The position numbers and the translations under genes are program-made. Of a stretch of 35,212 nucleotides of DNA, positions 1-9,190 are shown piece after piece. The first letter of the stretch is position 1, and each line of letters starts with the position of its first letter. The notes under the pieces are model-generated. The model worked only from the letters and a program-made list of their open reading frames with translations. It was not told where the DNA came from and did not search any database. This DNA is from Nitrososphaerota archaeon (GTDB taxonomy: Archaea > Iainarchaeota > Iainarchaeia > Iainarchaeales > VGJJ01). The stretch is from the NCBI GenBank assembly GCA_020053155.1, contig JAGVNS010000158.1, positions 1 to 35,212 on the forward strand, read 5' to 3'.

Positions 1-496
1 ATTGGATGTCCCTTCGAAAGGGTCGTTCTCCCGTAAATAAAATTTTTCCGTTCTCGCGGTAAATCAATCCCTTTATTTTCCCAAAAGGTTTGCCCTGACA
101 CAACTCAAGAAGGGTTTCTTCCCCCTCCTTCACGATTCCAAAATCAATGGAGGGACATTCCTCCAATACTTTTTCTTTTTCAGTTGAAATGTGCGCCGCC
201 CCTATCGCAATGGGAATGGATGGGAATGCGTTTTTGAGTTTGTTTATGAGGGCGTAACTGTCTTTGTACCGGTAGCTCTTCATGGCAATCCCGAGAAGGT
301 CGGGTTGGTAGGTTTTTATCTTTCGCACCAAATCGTCGAACGAGTATCCTAGACCCATGTCTAGTGTATCATAGTCAACCCCATTCGTGTGCAGGTATTC
401 CGCGATGTATCCCAATGCTAAATCTGGAACATCCCCCGGACGGTATGCGCTTTTGTAATAGGCGACGGGAATCAGCAATACTTTCTGGAAGCGCAT
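1..496 (-). CDS. Cobalamin (B12)-binding-domain radical SAM protein, N-terminal part only (gene runs off the window start)
   Basis: My own minus-strand translation from ATG 496..494 stays open to position 1 (MRFQKVLLIPVAYYKSAYRPGDVPDLALGYIAEYL...IAIGAAHIS...DFGIVKEGEETLLEL...IYRENGKILFTGERPF). The layout matches the N-terminal Rossmann-like B12-binding domains of the complete paralogs at 7642..9171 and 13482..15089. It is absent from the ORF track because it is truncated. It starts 3 nt after the stop of the upstream GT4 gene. Confidence 0.7.
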   Translation of the reverse strand, partial: MRFQKVLLIPVAYYKSAYRPGDVPDLALGYIAEYLHTNGVDYDTLDMGLGYSFDDLVRKIKTYQPDLLGIAMKSYRYKDSYALINKLKNAFPSIPIAIGAAHISTEKEKVLEECPSIDFGIVKEGEETLLELCQGKPFGKIKGLIYRENGKILFTGERPFRRDIQ

Positions 497-499
497 TGA

Positions 500-1621
500 T
501 TATTCCTCCGGCGTTTTCCTTATAATATCTGTCCCTTTTCCTGCTTTCTGTGGTACGGGAGAGGGGATAACTCCTTCGAGAAAATGGGGGCGGTTCCACT
601 GATGATGAACCTGTTTTCCCTTTTGGGCGCGTTGAGTTGTTTTTGAGCGAATGAGGGAGTGAAGGATGGAATTGAACCCCCCCCATGATGGGGCGGACTT
701 TCCCATGTGGGGGTTTTGCAAGAGGAATTTGGATAATTCTCCATTCTCTGGACACTTTGCCGCGACGGGAAGACCCGTTCCTGCGTAATCGAAAAGTTTG
801 ACCGGGATGCTGGTTGGCAGGTTGTCCTTCCAGGGAATAACTCCCACGTCCGCTCCTGAAAGATAGCGGGACATTTCAGTGAGGGGAACGTTTTCAACGA
901 TACGGTAATGGAATCCTTTTTCGTTGATTGCTTCTTCTATCTCTTTTTTTGAACGCTGGTCTGCGTCTGAGTTGTCCGTTGAAAAAATAAATACCAGGAA
1001 GCAGCGCGATGCTTTTTTATCGAGCGCGTGGATAAAACCCATGACATCTTCGTCCCCCACACCACCCGCATACGCAATCACGCAGTCCGCTTCCTTTACT
1101 CCCCACTCTTTTCGCATGCGTTGACGGAGAATGCGATCATACGTCAAGCGGGGGTCGGTTCCATTTGGAACCAGCACCGTTTTTTTGGGGGAAAGGGAAT
1201 ACCTCTCCATCGCTTCTTTCCGGTCGCTTTCCGTGAGAAACCAGAGGGTGTGCGCCCCGGAATAAATGATGCGCCGCAATTGCAGAAACATTTTTTCTTT
1301 CAATGAATGGTGTGCGCGTTTTAATATTTCCATGGCGCGCCCATCTTCCTTAGCGTCTAAAATGAATTGCGCACCTGCGAGGCGGGAGCCTAGCATCACC
1401 CAAAGTAGGGGAGGGAGGGGGGGAGACGTTCCCATGACAATGGTGGGTTTTTCTCTGAAAATGCTCCAGGAGAGGGAGAGACCCGAACCATTTTGGGGGG
1501 AGAGGAGAGTGGTGTAGTACCCCTTTTGGGAGAATGCCTTTTCAATGGCGTACACGCGCATTCCCGCGGCCCCGGGTTTTTGGGGAAGGTAGGGTGTGTA
1601 GAGGATTGCGGTTGGTTTCAT
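500..1621 (-). CDS. Glycosyltransferase, GT-B fold (GT4-like)
   Basis: The ORF track gives 500..1735. I prefer the internal ATG at 1621 (MKPTAILYTPY...) because it makes an ATGA stop/start overlap with the upstream gene at 1618..1621, and the extra 38 residues are basic low-complexity. GT4-like C-terminal domain: 'CVIAYAGGVG...', 'LSGADVGVIPW...PVKLFDYAGTGLPVAA'. Confidence 0.75.
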   Translation of the reverse strand: MKPTAILYTPYLPQKPGAAGMRVYAIEKAFSQKGYYTTLLSPQNGSGLSLSWSIFREKPTIVMGTSPPLPPLLWVMLGSRLAGAQFILDAKEDGRAMEILKRAHHSLKEKMFLQLRRIIYSGAHTLWFLTESDRKEAMERYSLSPKKTVLVPNGTDPRLTYDRILRQRMRKEWGVKEADCVIAYAGGVGDEDVMGFIHALDKKASRCFLVFIFSTDNSDADQRSKKEIEEAINEKGFHYRIVENVPLTEMSRYLSGADVGVIPWKDNLPTSIPVKLFDYAGTGLPVAAKCPENGELSKFLLQNPHMGKSAPSWGGFNSILHSLIRSKTTQRAQKGKQVHHQWNRPHFLEGVIPSPVPQKAGKGTDIIRKTPEE

Positions 1622-2661
1622 GCGTTGGTGTCCCCTGCAAGCTGGTTTATGTTTTCTCTTATTTTTTGGGTGAATGTGTGTATTGAAAAACGTTTTTTTA
1701 TTTCGTGCAGGGTTTTCTTTCCTGGGCGTTCCCATTCCTCCATCAACGCTTTTTCAAAATTAAGGGGGTTGTGGGGAATGAGTGTTATTCCTTTTTCGTT
1801 GAAGTCATGAAATATGCCCACCCGCGATGTGATGACGGGGCAGCCGCTGGCCAATGCTTCCAATGGAACAAACCCAAATCCCTCATAGCGGGAAGGAAAA
1901 ACAAGCACGTCCGCTGCCCGATAAAAATCAGCCAGTTTTTCAGGAGGTTGGGGGGGGTGCATGACCGTGTTTTCATTTTCATTGGGTAGGAACGGGGTGC
2001 ACACGCAATGGAATCTGGTTTCATGCATCCGGGAAGAGAGGTATTGAATAATGTAAAAACCCTTTGAATGCGTGGGGTTGCCCACAAACAAAACGATTTT
2101 TTCTCCCAAACCCATTCCACATCTTTTTCGTGCCTTTTCTTTGTTTCCAGGATGGAATACGCGGGTGTCGATGGGCAGTTCAACCACGTGGGGGTTTACT
2201 CCATAAAAATGGCGGGCATCCTTTTGGGTGAAGGGTGAGTTGGCTAAAACCCTTTTCCCATTCTGCGCGCTTTTTTTTTCGTAATGCGAAAAGACGTGGC
2301 GCATGCGCCAGTAAATGGGGTCCCATTTGGAATAACCGGCTTCGGCCAGACCGGCATACGTTCCATGGAGAAAAGAAATGAGGGGAATGCCCGTCTTTGT
2401 CGGTTCCATGGCCCACCCGTGCATTCCATTGGCGATGATGAACGGGGGTTTTGTGGGCAGGGAAGAAACGTATCGCGCGAGGTTTTTTCCATGCTCTATC
2501 TCGGAGAGGTAGGGTAGTCCTTTTTGGTCGAAACCATTTTTGTTGAGCGTCTCTTTTCCCACGATTTGAATTTCAGGAATGGCTTTTTTGATGGCGCGAG
2601 AAAAAACTTCCACCCCCCCCGGAATGGAATGTTCAGTAAGCGTGAGCAGGAGCGGGTTCAT
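1618..2661 (-). CDS. Glycosyltransferase family 4 (GT-B)
   Basis: The ORF track gives 1618..2685. The ATG at 2661 (MNPLLLTLTEHSIPGGVE) gives an ATGA overlap with the upstream stop at 2658..2661. Classic GT4 motifs are present: 'IVLFVGNPTHSKGF' and the EX7E region 'VFPSRYEGFGFVPLEALASGCPVI'. Confidence 0.85.
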   Translation of the reverse strand: MNPLLLTLTEHSIPGGVEVFSRAIKKAIPEIQIVGKETLNKNGFDQKGLPYLSEIEHGKNLARYVSSLPTKPPFIIANGMHGWAMEPTKTGIPLISFLHGTYAGLAEAGYSKWDPIYWRMRHVFSHYEKKSAQNGKRVLANSPFTQKDARHFYGVNPHVVELPIDTRVFHPGNKEKARKRCGMGLGEKIVLFVGNPTHSKGFYIIQYLSSRMHETRFHCVCTPFLPNENENTVMHPPQPPEKLADFYRAADVLVFPSRYEGFGFVPLEALASGCPVITSRVGIFHDFNEKGITLIPHNPLNFEKALMEEWERPGKKTLHEIKKRFSIHTFTQKIRENINQLAGDTNA

Positions 2662-4157
2662 TTTCCAATCCCTCCTTTTTTCCATATAGTGAGATTAAAA
2701 CCATCGGAATGTGTCGTTAATTTTTGAAGCTCCGGTGAGTGAGCCGTAATGAACTCCTTGATTATTTTTCGTTCCCCATCAATGATGTCCTGGCGTTTTC
2801 CATCCTTGTCTTGCTGAGTCGCATACGAAACATCAATCACGTAATATTCACTTTCAAGAATGGATGGGGGGGTTTGGTCAACCTTGTAGTAATGCTTTGC
2901 CCCAAAGACCGGGGATAGGAAATAAATGCAGTCGTCCGCACTCCCTATTACGGTGGCGTTTGGGGGAATGGTGTTTTGGATAATGGATGAAATTTCCTGC
3001 CGGGGCTCCGCCAGCTCGTAATGGGAGGCATTGAGGAAAAACAATCCCATTCCCGCGAGTAGGAGGAAGGCAATGAGTGCAACTTTTGGAGGAATTTTTG
3101 AAAAAGAGGAATGAGAACGGAATTGGGCAATCCAAGCGTGATAAAGAGAGAGAGAGGGAATGAGGAGCATTCCCGCAAGGGGAAGGAAATACCGCAGACG
3201 CGCCGTGAACGTGAGGGGGAGCGAAAATGGCAGGTCCCAGAAATTGGTGAAATGCGAGAAGAAGAAAACGTATCCCGCGAACAGGGCGGCAAACAAGGGC
3301 CATTCTTTCCGTTGTTCCAACCTGAAAATAGCGCCCACTGAAAAAGGAACAGCGATGAAGAGGAGAAGAATGTAGGTCAGGGCATTTTTAACGAAATATG
3401 GATTCAACTGCTGTCCTATCTGCTCCCCCACACTTCCATAGCCGGTGGAGAGAGCCCCCCCATAGTTGATAGTGTTGAATCCAAAAAAAAGAAGCGCGGG
3501 AATCAACCCCCCCAAAATGAGTGGAAGAATTTTGGGTCGCTCCTTCACCAACGCTTGGACCAAAAAAGCCGCCGGTCCGATAATGGCATCCACGCGGAAA
3601 AAGACCGACAATCCAAGCAAGAGGCCCGCTCCAAGGGTTGAACGGAAACCCTTTTTCATCCACAAATAATAAGCCCCTAAAAATAGAGTGAGTACGCTCA
3701 ATTCAGGGAAAAGGGTGCGCGCTTCCCATGCGGCAGCGGGGAAAAAAAGGTAGAGCAGGGAATAGTTTACCGGGACGTTTTTTTCCTTGAGAATGAAATA
3801 AATCAGGATAAGATTGAGCAGGTGGAGCAGGAGACCGGACGCAAACGAAAAAGAGAAAGGGAGAAAGGTGAATGGAATCAAGAGGAGTGAACGTCCAATG
3901 GAATAACTGGAAATGGATTTTGGCTGTGTAAGAGGGGTCATGACCCCCCCGCAATACAACGAAGGGTTTTCCGCTACTATCGTGCCTCCCTGCACCAAAA
4001 GGTGGGCGTTTTTCAGGTATTCGTGCTCATCAATGGAGACGTAGGAGGGGGGGTAATACACCCCAAAGAGAATTACGAAAAGGACAACTCCCGCCAAAAA
4101 GAACGGATTTTTTTTGGCCCATTCCATTGCCTGAATGAAATGCTTTTTGGCTGCCAT
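2658..4157 (-). CDS. Polytopic membrane protein, GT-C-like (ArnT/PMT_2-like polyprenyl-phosphate-sugar-dependent glycosyltransferase candidate)
   Basis: A 499-aa ORF with many hydrophobic helices followed by a soluble C-terminal domain of about 120 aa. It has an acidic first-loop motif 'YVSIDEHEYLKNAHLL' right after TM1, as in ArnT/PMT-type GT-C enzymes. It is the first gene of a minus-strand operon, with a TATA-like box 27 nt upstream. Confidence 0.65.
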   Translation of the reverse strand: MAAKKHFIQAMEWAKKNPFFLAGVVLFVILFGVYYPPSYVSIDEHEYLKNAHLLVQGGTIVAENPSLYCGGVMTPLTQPKSISSYSIGRSLLLIPFTFLPFSFSFASGLLLHLLNLILIYFILKEKNVPVNYSLLYLFFPAAAWEARTLFPELSVLTLFLGAYYLWMKKGFRSTLGAGLLLGLSVFFRVDAIIGPAAFLVQALVKERPKILPLILGGLIPALLFFGFNTINYGGALSTGYGSVGEQIGQQLNPYFVKNALTYILLLFIAVPFSVGAIFRLEQRKEWPLFAALFAGYVFFFSHFTNFWDLPFSLPLTFTARLRYFLPLAGMLLIPSLSLYHAWIAQFRSHSSFSKIPPKVALIAFLLLAGMGLFFLNASHYELAEPRQEISSIIQNTIPPNATVIGSADDCIYFLSPVFGAKHYYKVDQTPPSILESEYYVIDVSYATQQDKDGKRQDIIDGERKIIKEFITAHSPELQKLTTHSDGFNLTIWKKGGIGK

Positions 4158-4180
4158 ACTGAATCGCGGGAGTATGTTTG

Positions 4181-4188
4181 TTTAAATA
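4181..4188. promoter_or_regulatory. TATA-like box (TTTAAATA), probably bidirectional
   Basis: It is centred 27.5 nt upstream of ATG 4157 on the minus strand, which implies a leaderless mRNA. It could also drive the plus-strand operon starting at 4254, which has the SD-like sequence 'AAGGTGA' 5 nt before its ATG. Confidence 0.5.
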
Positions 4189-4253
4189 AGTAGGGGGGCT
4201 GAGAATAGTCACCCAGCCCATGACCGGGTTGTACAATCATCAAAAGGTGATTC

Positions 4254-5141
4254 ATGCCTTTCTCAAACGATAAAACAGATTTTGTGAGTGTACTCATTCC
4301 CGCGTACAATGAAGCGGACTCCATCGCCGAAACCATTCGGCGCGTCGAGAGTGTGCTGAAAAAAAATAGCGTGCGGGGAGAAATAATCGTTATCAATGAT
4401 GGGAGCTGCGATGGAACGCCAGAAAAAGTGGAAAAAATGCGTGGAGTCATTCTGTTGTCCCACCCTGCCAATCGGGGATATGGGGCCAGCCTCAAAACGG
4501 GTTTGCGCGCTGCCAAAGGAAACTGGATTTTCATCACGGATGCAGATGGAACGTACCCCATTGAGGACTTTCAATCCCTGTGGGAAAAAAGGGCCCATTT
4601 CGACATGGTAGTAGGGGCGAGGAATCCCACCAGCCAGCACATTGCATGGATACGTAAGCCGGGAAAAATACTGTTATCCCTCATTGCTAATTATTTGGTA
4701 GGACGGAACATTCCCGACTTGAATTCGGGAATGCGGCTGTTCCGGAAGGATTTAGCCATGGAATTCTATCATTTGTACCCGCAGGGATTTTCATTCACCA
4801 TCACCATTACCCTGGCTTCGTTCGTAAACCATTATGCCGTGAAATACATTCCCATCGCGTACGCTGAGCGCGCCGGAAAATCAAAGATGAACGTGGTACG
4901 GGATGGACTTAATTTTATTTCCCTTATCTTTCGCGTCGTAACGTATTTCAATCCCGGTAAACTGCTCGTGCCGGTGGGAACCCTGCTCATACTCCTGGGT
5001 TTGCTCGTGGCGTATTACAGCACGTATTACTTGGGACAGTTCATGGATGCTACCACCGTTCTCCTCCTCCTCGCTGGATTTCAAGTTTACTTATTTGCAT
5101 TCATCGCCCAGCTCTGGGTCAAAACGAGGGCGTTGCGATGA
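4254..5141 (+). CDS. GT2 glycosyltransferase, GtrB/ArnC/DPM1-like polyprenyl-phosphate sugar synthase with two C-terminal TM helices
   Basis: 'VSVLIPAYNEADSI', 'VINDGSCDGT' and 'ITDADGTY' (the DXD motif). The C-terminus 'LLVPVGTLLILLGLLVAYY...LLLLAGFQVYLFAFIAQLW' is typical of GtrB-like enzymes. Confidence 0.85.
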   Translation: MPFSNDKTDFVSVLIPAYNEADSIAETIRRVESVLKKNSVRGEIIVINDGSCDGTPEKVEKMRGVILLSHPANRGYGASLKTGLRAAKGNWIFITDADGTYPIEDFQSLWEKRAHFDMVVGARNPTSQHIAWIRKPGKILLSLIANYLVGRNIPDLNSGMRLFRKDLAMEFYHLYPQGFSFTITITLASFVNHYAVKYIPIAYAERAGKSKMNVVRDGLNFISLIFRVVTYFNPGKLLVPVGTLLILLGLLVAYYSTYYLGQFMDATTVLLLLAGFQVYLFAFIAQLWVKTRALR

Positions 5142-6883
5142 AACAACACAAATCCATTGGCGCGGCGGACGCCTACCGAAAGGAAGCACTCGAACAGATT
5201 CCTCGGCTCTTAAGTCTCATGGACCGCAATCCCTTTTCCCCCACATATGGGTGTGCGGACCGCACGTATTGGTTGGACAAAGCCATTGATTTTCCAAGCT
5301 CCATCATGCAATACAGCGTCCACTCCCTCGCATTGGTGTATGCGCATGATTTTCAGGGGAACGACTACTATCACCAACCCAAAATAAGGGAATGGATACT
5401 GGCTTCCATTTCATTTTGGGAGAAGATTCAGAAGAATGATGGAAGCTTTGACGAATTTTACCCCAATGAAAGGGGGTGGGCGGGTCCCACCGGATTTTTG
5501 CTGTATGCCATGCTCTCTGCGCATGAATTACTGGGGAATGAATTTCCCTCTGAACGAAAAGAATCGTTTTTCAACGCGTGCAGAAAGGCCGCGTTGTATT
5601 TGGCGAAGTATGATGAACATGGAATTCTGGCCAACCACCACGCCATGGCCCTGCTTCCCATATATTATGCGTCCATTACCCTGAAAGAAGATGTCCTCCT
5701 CTACAATTTTGGGGAAAAACTGGATTACCTGCTAGGTCTCCAATCCAAGGAGGGGTGGTTCCTGGAATATGATGGAGCGGATTTGGGTTATTTGTCCGCC
5801 ACCATTTCATTTTTGACCAAACTCATCACCCTCCTGTCACGGGACGCACGACATGGGGAATGGAAAAAGAAAATAGAGGAATGCATTCCCCGCGCCATTG
5901 ATTTTGCATCCTACTTCGCCTACCCCAATGGGTATTATGCGGGAACCATGGGCAGCCGGCAGACGCTGCACTTTTACCCGCATGGTTTTGAATTATGGGG
6001 GAGAAAAAACGATAAAGCCGCAGGGGTGGCAGACTGGCTGGCAAAAGGTTTGTCGGAGGGAGCACTCGTTCCCCCGAGCATCATGCCCGACCGATACGTT
6101 GCGTACCGCGTGAACGAATTTTTGCAATCCTACCTGGATGCATTCCCGCGTAACACGGGAAAAATAGGAAGGCTTCCCTGGAAGGAAAAACCATTTATTC
6201 AATTCTTTCCAGAAGCCAAAATGGGAATTAAAAATACCCTCTCTTATTATGCGGCAATCAATCTGGCCAAGGGAGGCGTGCTCAAACTCTTTGACAAAAA
6301 ATCAGGAAAACTTTTCGCCAACGATTGCGGCGTGCTGTTGGAGGATAAAGAGGGGAACACGCTCACTTCCCAATGGATCGACCCCACATATCGCGTGGAA
6401 TTTTCCCCCGAAGGGTGCACGGTCTCTGGTCTCATGCACGTATGGGTTACGGAACTTCCTACCCCCCTCAAAATGATGGTTCTACGCTCTGCTCTCATTA
6501 CATTGGGAGAGAGCACGAGATTGGCATACAAAATAAAGGGAAAAATTAGGGAACGAATCATTCTCAAAAACAAAGCCGTACCCATTTCATTCCAGCGAAA
6601 TATCACATGGGAAAAATCCGGGTGCCACATTTCCGATCACATTGACGCGAGGGAGTATCCTTCTTCGTTTCTCCGCGGAAGGGTTGGGGATGAATTCTCC
6701 ATTCGGTACGTGCCCCAAAGCCTTTACTTTCAGGGACAGGAACTAAATGTTGAGGGAAGGTGGCTCACGCAAGGAGAAATAGAAGCGTTCAACCAAAAAA
6801 AAGAAGCAACCATTGAACAGACTATTGGGATTGGAATTCCGCACGTGACCCCAACCAAAACAAGAGGCGGGAAACGCGAATGA
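5138..6883 (+). CDS. Conserved-looking hypothetical protein (581 aa), function unknown; possibly an alpha/alpha-toroid N-half plus a beta-rich C-half
   Basis: A long ORF with ATGA overlaps to both neighbours (5138..5141 and 6880..6883). It has no TM segments or cofactor motifs that I recognise. The helical-repeat-like segments ('KNDGSFDEFYPNERGWAGPTGFLLYAM', 'SKEGWFLEYDGADLGYLS', 'ANHHAMALL') are only weakly reminiscent of heparinase II/III or prenyltransferase-type toroids. Confidence 0.8.
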   Translation: MKQHKSIGAADAYRKEALEQIPRLLSLMDRNPFSPTYGCADRTYWLDKAIDFPSSIMQYSVHSLALVYAHDFQGNDYYHQPKIREWILASISFWEKIQKNDGSFDEFYPNERGWAGPTGFLLYAMLSAHELLGNEFPSERKESFFNACRKAALYLAKYDEHGILANHHAMALLPIYYASITLKEDVLLYNFGEKLDYLLGLQSKEGWFLEYDGADLGYLSATISFLTKLITLLSRDARHGEWKKKIEECIPRAIDFASYFAYPNGYYAGTMGSRQTLHFYPHGFELWGRKNDKAAGVADWLAKGLSEGALVPPSIMPDRYVAYRVNEFLQSYLDAFPRNTGKIGRLPWKEKPFIQFFPEAKMGIKNTLSYYAAINLAKGGVLKLFDKKSGKLFANDCGVLLEDKEGNTLTSQWIDPTYRVEFSPEGCTVSGLMHVWVTELPTPLKMMVLRSALITLGESTRLAYKIKGKIRERIILKNKAVPISFQRNITWEKSGCHISDHIDAREYPSSFLRGRVGDEFSIRYVPQSLYFQGQELNVEGRWLTQGEIEAFNQKKEATIEQTIGIGIPHVTPTKTRGGKRE

Positions 6884-7563
6884 AAAATGTTTCCGTTGAC
6901 CATGCAGAACAAGCCGTTTTTTGGGAAAAGAAACGAGAAAAAAGAATGCCCACTCATCCCGCAGTTGAGGCGTTTGCCAAACCCAAAGTAGAAGCGATTG
7001 CCAAAATGATAGGAGTCAATTCCCAGACTCATGTGCTTGACGTGGGGTGTGGGAATGGTTTTTTCACGCATTACTGGAAGGAAAAAACCCCCCACGTCAT
7101 CGGAATCGATTTTAGCCAGGAAATGCTGATGAAAAACCAGAACCCCCTTCGCGTTCGGGGACGCGCCGAAGCGCTACCCTTCAAGGACCAATCCTTTGAC
7201 GTAGTATTCTGTTCCAATCTCCTCCATCATGTCGAAAGACCCGTCGATGTAGTCAAGGAGATGGTGCGCGTCTCCAAGAGACACGTCGTATTGTCGGAGC
7301 CCAATGCCCGGAACCCATTCATGAATCTTTTTTCACGAATCGTAAAAGAGGAAAATGGAGCGTTGAAATTTAATCCGGGGTACCTGCAAAGCATTACCAA
7401 CAATGCAGGGTTGCGTGAATTGTATTTGGGGGAGGAAGGGAGTGTGGTTCCTAACAAAACGCCTGGGTGGGCCGTTCCCATTCTGTCTCCTTTCAACGGA
7501 CCCATGGGGGGGGGATTTTACATCGTGTATGTGGGCGACCGTCTAGATATGGTCGAATATTGA
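6880..7563 (+). CDS. Class I SAM-dependent methyltransferase (Methyltransf_11-like)
   Basis: Motif I 'VLDVGCGNGFF', then 'LPFKDQSFDVVFCSNLLHHV' and 'LSEPN'. Confidence 0.85.
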   Translation: MKNVSVDHAEQAVFWEKKREKRMPTHPAVEAFAKPKVEAIAKMIGVNSQTHVLDVGCGNGFFTHYWKEKTPHVIGIDFSQEMLMKNQNPLRVRGRAEALPFKDQSFDVVFCSNLLHHVERPVDVVKEMVRVSKRHVVLSEPNARNPFMNLFSRIVKEENGALKFNPGYLQSITNNAGLRELYLGEEGSVVPNKTPGWAVPILSPFNGPMGGGFYIVYVGDRLDMVEY

Positions 7564-7641
7564 GTAAATTTCCCCCTTTTGGGTGGGCGTTTTATTAATG
7601 GTTTTTTCCCCATTCTTGGTATGGATGCTGGCTATTCCAAA

Positions 7642-9171
7642 ATGAATACAGAACATTCTATGGATGTACCAACCCTTCGTTTTCTCCTCGTTAACCCGCC
7701 CTTTCTGACTTCTTTTGGAATAAAAGAATCGGGCGGGCACGCCATGCCATTAGGGTTGATGTACGTGGCTTCCTACGTACGAAAATACGTTCCGGGAATA
7801 CAACCTCAAATTCTGGATTGTGAAAGCGACGCATTGACCGATGACCAAATAGAAAAACGGCTGAGCGAATGTCACGCCGATTTTCTTCTCCTCACGGTAC
7901 CTACTCCAACGGTTAATTCATGCAAACGCATTTCAGACATGGCAAAAAAAGCCAACCCTTCCTGCAAAGTCGTGTGGGGGGGACTCCACCCCACGGTTTT
8001 TCCCAAAGAATGCGTATCCCACCCCTCGGTTGATTTTGCCGTTATCGGAGAGGGGGAGCAAGTCATCCGCGAATTGGTGGAGCACGTGATACACGGGAAA
8101 AAGGATTTTTCGGACGTGAAAGGAATCGCTTACAAAAACGATGCAGGAGATGTTTTTCAAACGGGGATGCAGGAACTTATTCAGGACATTGATTCCATTC
8201 CCTTTCCCGCGTACGATTTGATTGAAGTCCGGAAATATCACACGGCTCCCTCCAAGAAACTTTCCAACAGCGAGAGCACCATGAACATCATGACCTCACG
8301 CGGGTGCGCATTCGACTGCATCCATTGCATTTCCAAAACAACTTGGCGTAGGAAAATGCGCTACCGCCCCCCTCAAAACGTGGCAGATGAGATGGAATAT
8401 TGTGTCAAAACGTTTGGGGTTAAGGAATTCAACTTTATGGATGACCTTTTTGGTATCAATGAAAAAAGAGTCATTGACGTGTGTGCGGAAATAAAGCGCC
8501 GCAACTTGGGAGTAAAATGGGTGGCATTCGCTCGCACCGACACGGTGACGGAACCCATGCTCAAAGCCATGAAAGAAGCGGGGTGCGTGAAGATTAGTAT
8601 GGGGATTGAGAGCGGGAACCAGGAAGTGCTCAACAAAATGAGAAAATCCCTGCGATTGGAGCAGGTGCGGAAGGGAATAAAATTAATGAAAAAGCACGGC
8701 TTTGAGGTACACTCTTCCTTCATGTTAGGAAACGTGGGGGATACGGAGGAGACCATCCGTGACACTATCAACTTCGCCAAGGAATTGGATTTGGACAACG
8801 CTACGTTTTTCATCACTTCCCCGTATCCGGGAACGGACTTGTATGGGATATCCATGAATGAGGGATTCGTCACTCCCAACACGCCATGGGAGAGTTTTGT
8901 TCCCCTGGGAAACCAACAACCCTTACTGGTGCAAAGCGCGGTTCCCTATGAGAAACTCATTCAACTCCAGAAGCAGGCATTCAAAGAGTTCTACCTTCGC
9001 CCTCGCCTCATCCTGCAGAAACTTCTGAGCATTCGTTCTGTGAGCGACGTTCGCACGCTCGCGGAAGGGTTGACCGTGTTCAAGGGGATTATGGACAAAA
9101 AAGAAGAAGTCCCTCCCTCTTCTAATTTGGTGTCGCCTCCAAGGGACGAGACAGCGGCCTCCACAATATAA
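7642..9171 (+). CDS. Cobalamin-binding-domain radical SAM enzyme (class B rSAM family)
   Basis: The ORF track start at 7579 is a TTG. ATG candidates lie at 7621, 7642 and 7660, and I chose 7642 (MNTEHSMDVPTLRFLLVNPP). B12-domain-like 'VVWGGLHPTVFP...DFAVIGEGEQVIRELV', a CX3CX2C motif 'SRGCAFDCIHC', then 'ISMGIESGNQEVL'. Confidence 0.85.
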   Translation: MNTEHSMDVPTLRFLLVNPPFLTSFGIKESGGHAMPLGLMYVASYVRKYVPGIQPQILDCESDALTDDQIEKRLSECHADFLLLTVPTPTVNSCKRISDMAKKANPSCKVVWGGLHPTVFPKECVSHPSVDFAVIGEGEQVIRELVEHVIHGKKDFSDVKGIAYKNDAGDVFQTGMQELIQDIDSIPFPAYDLIEVRKYHTAPSKKLSNSESTMNIMTSRGCAFDCIHCISKTTWRRKMRYRPPQNVADEMEYCVKTFGVKEFNFMDDLFGINEKRVIDVCAEIKRRNLGVKWVAFARTDTVTEPMLKAMKEAGCVKISMGIESGNQEVLNKMRKSLRLEQVRKGIKLMKKHGFEVHSSFMLGNVGDTEETIRDTINFAKELDLDNATFFITSPYPGTDLYGISMNEGFVTPNTPWESFVPLGNQQPLLVQSAVPYEKLIQLQKQAFKEFYLRPRLILQKLLSIRSVSDVRTLAEGLTVFKGIMDKKEEVPPSSNLVSPPRDETAASTI

Positions 9172-9190
9172 AAAAAGGGTTGAAAAAAGA

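Noticed and set aside
500-1735. N-terminal extensions offered by the ORF track for several genes (500..1735, 1618..2685, 16256, 17206, 19200, 22043, 7579).
   Set aside because: The extensions overlap the preceding gene, start at TTG or GTG, or encode low-complexity sequence. Internal ATGs give ATGA overlaps, SD spacing or TATA spacing consistent with the rest of the window.
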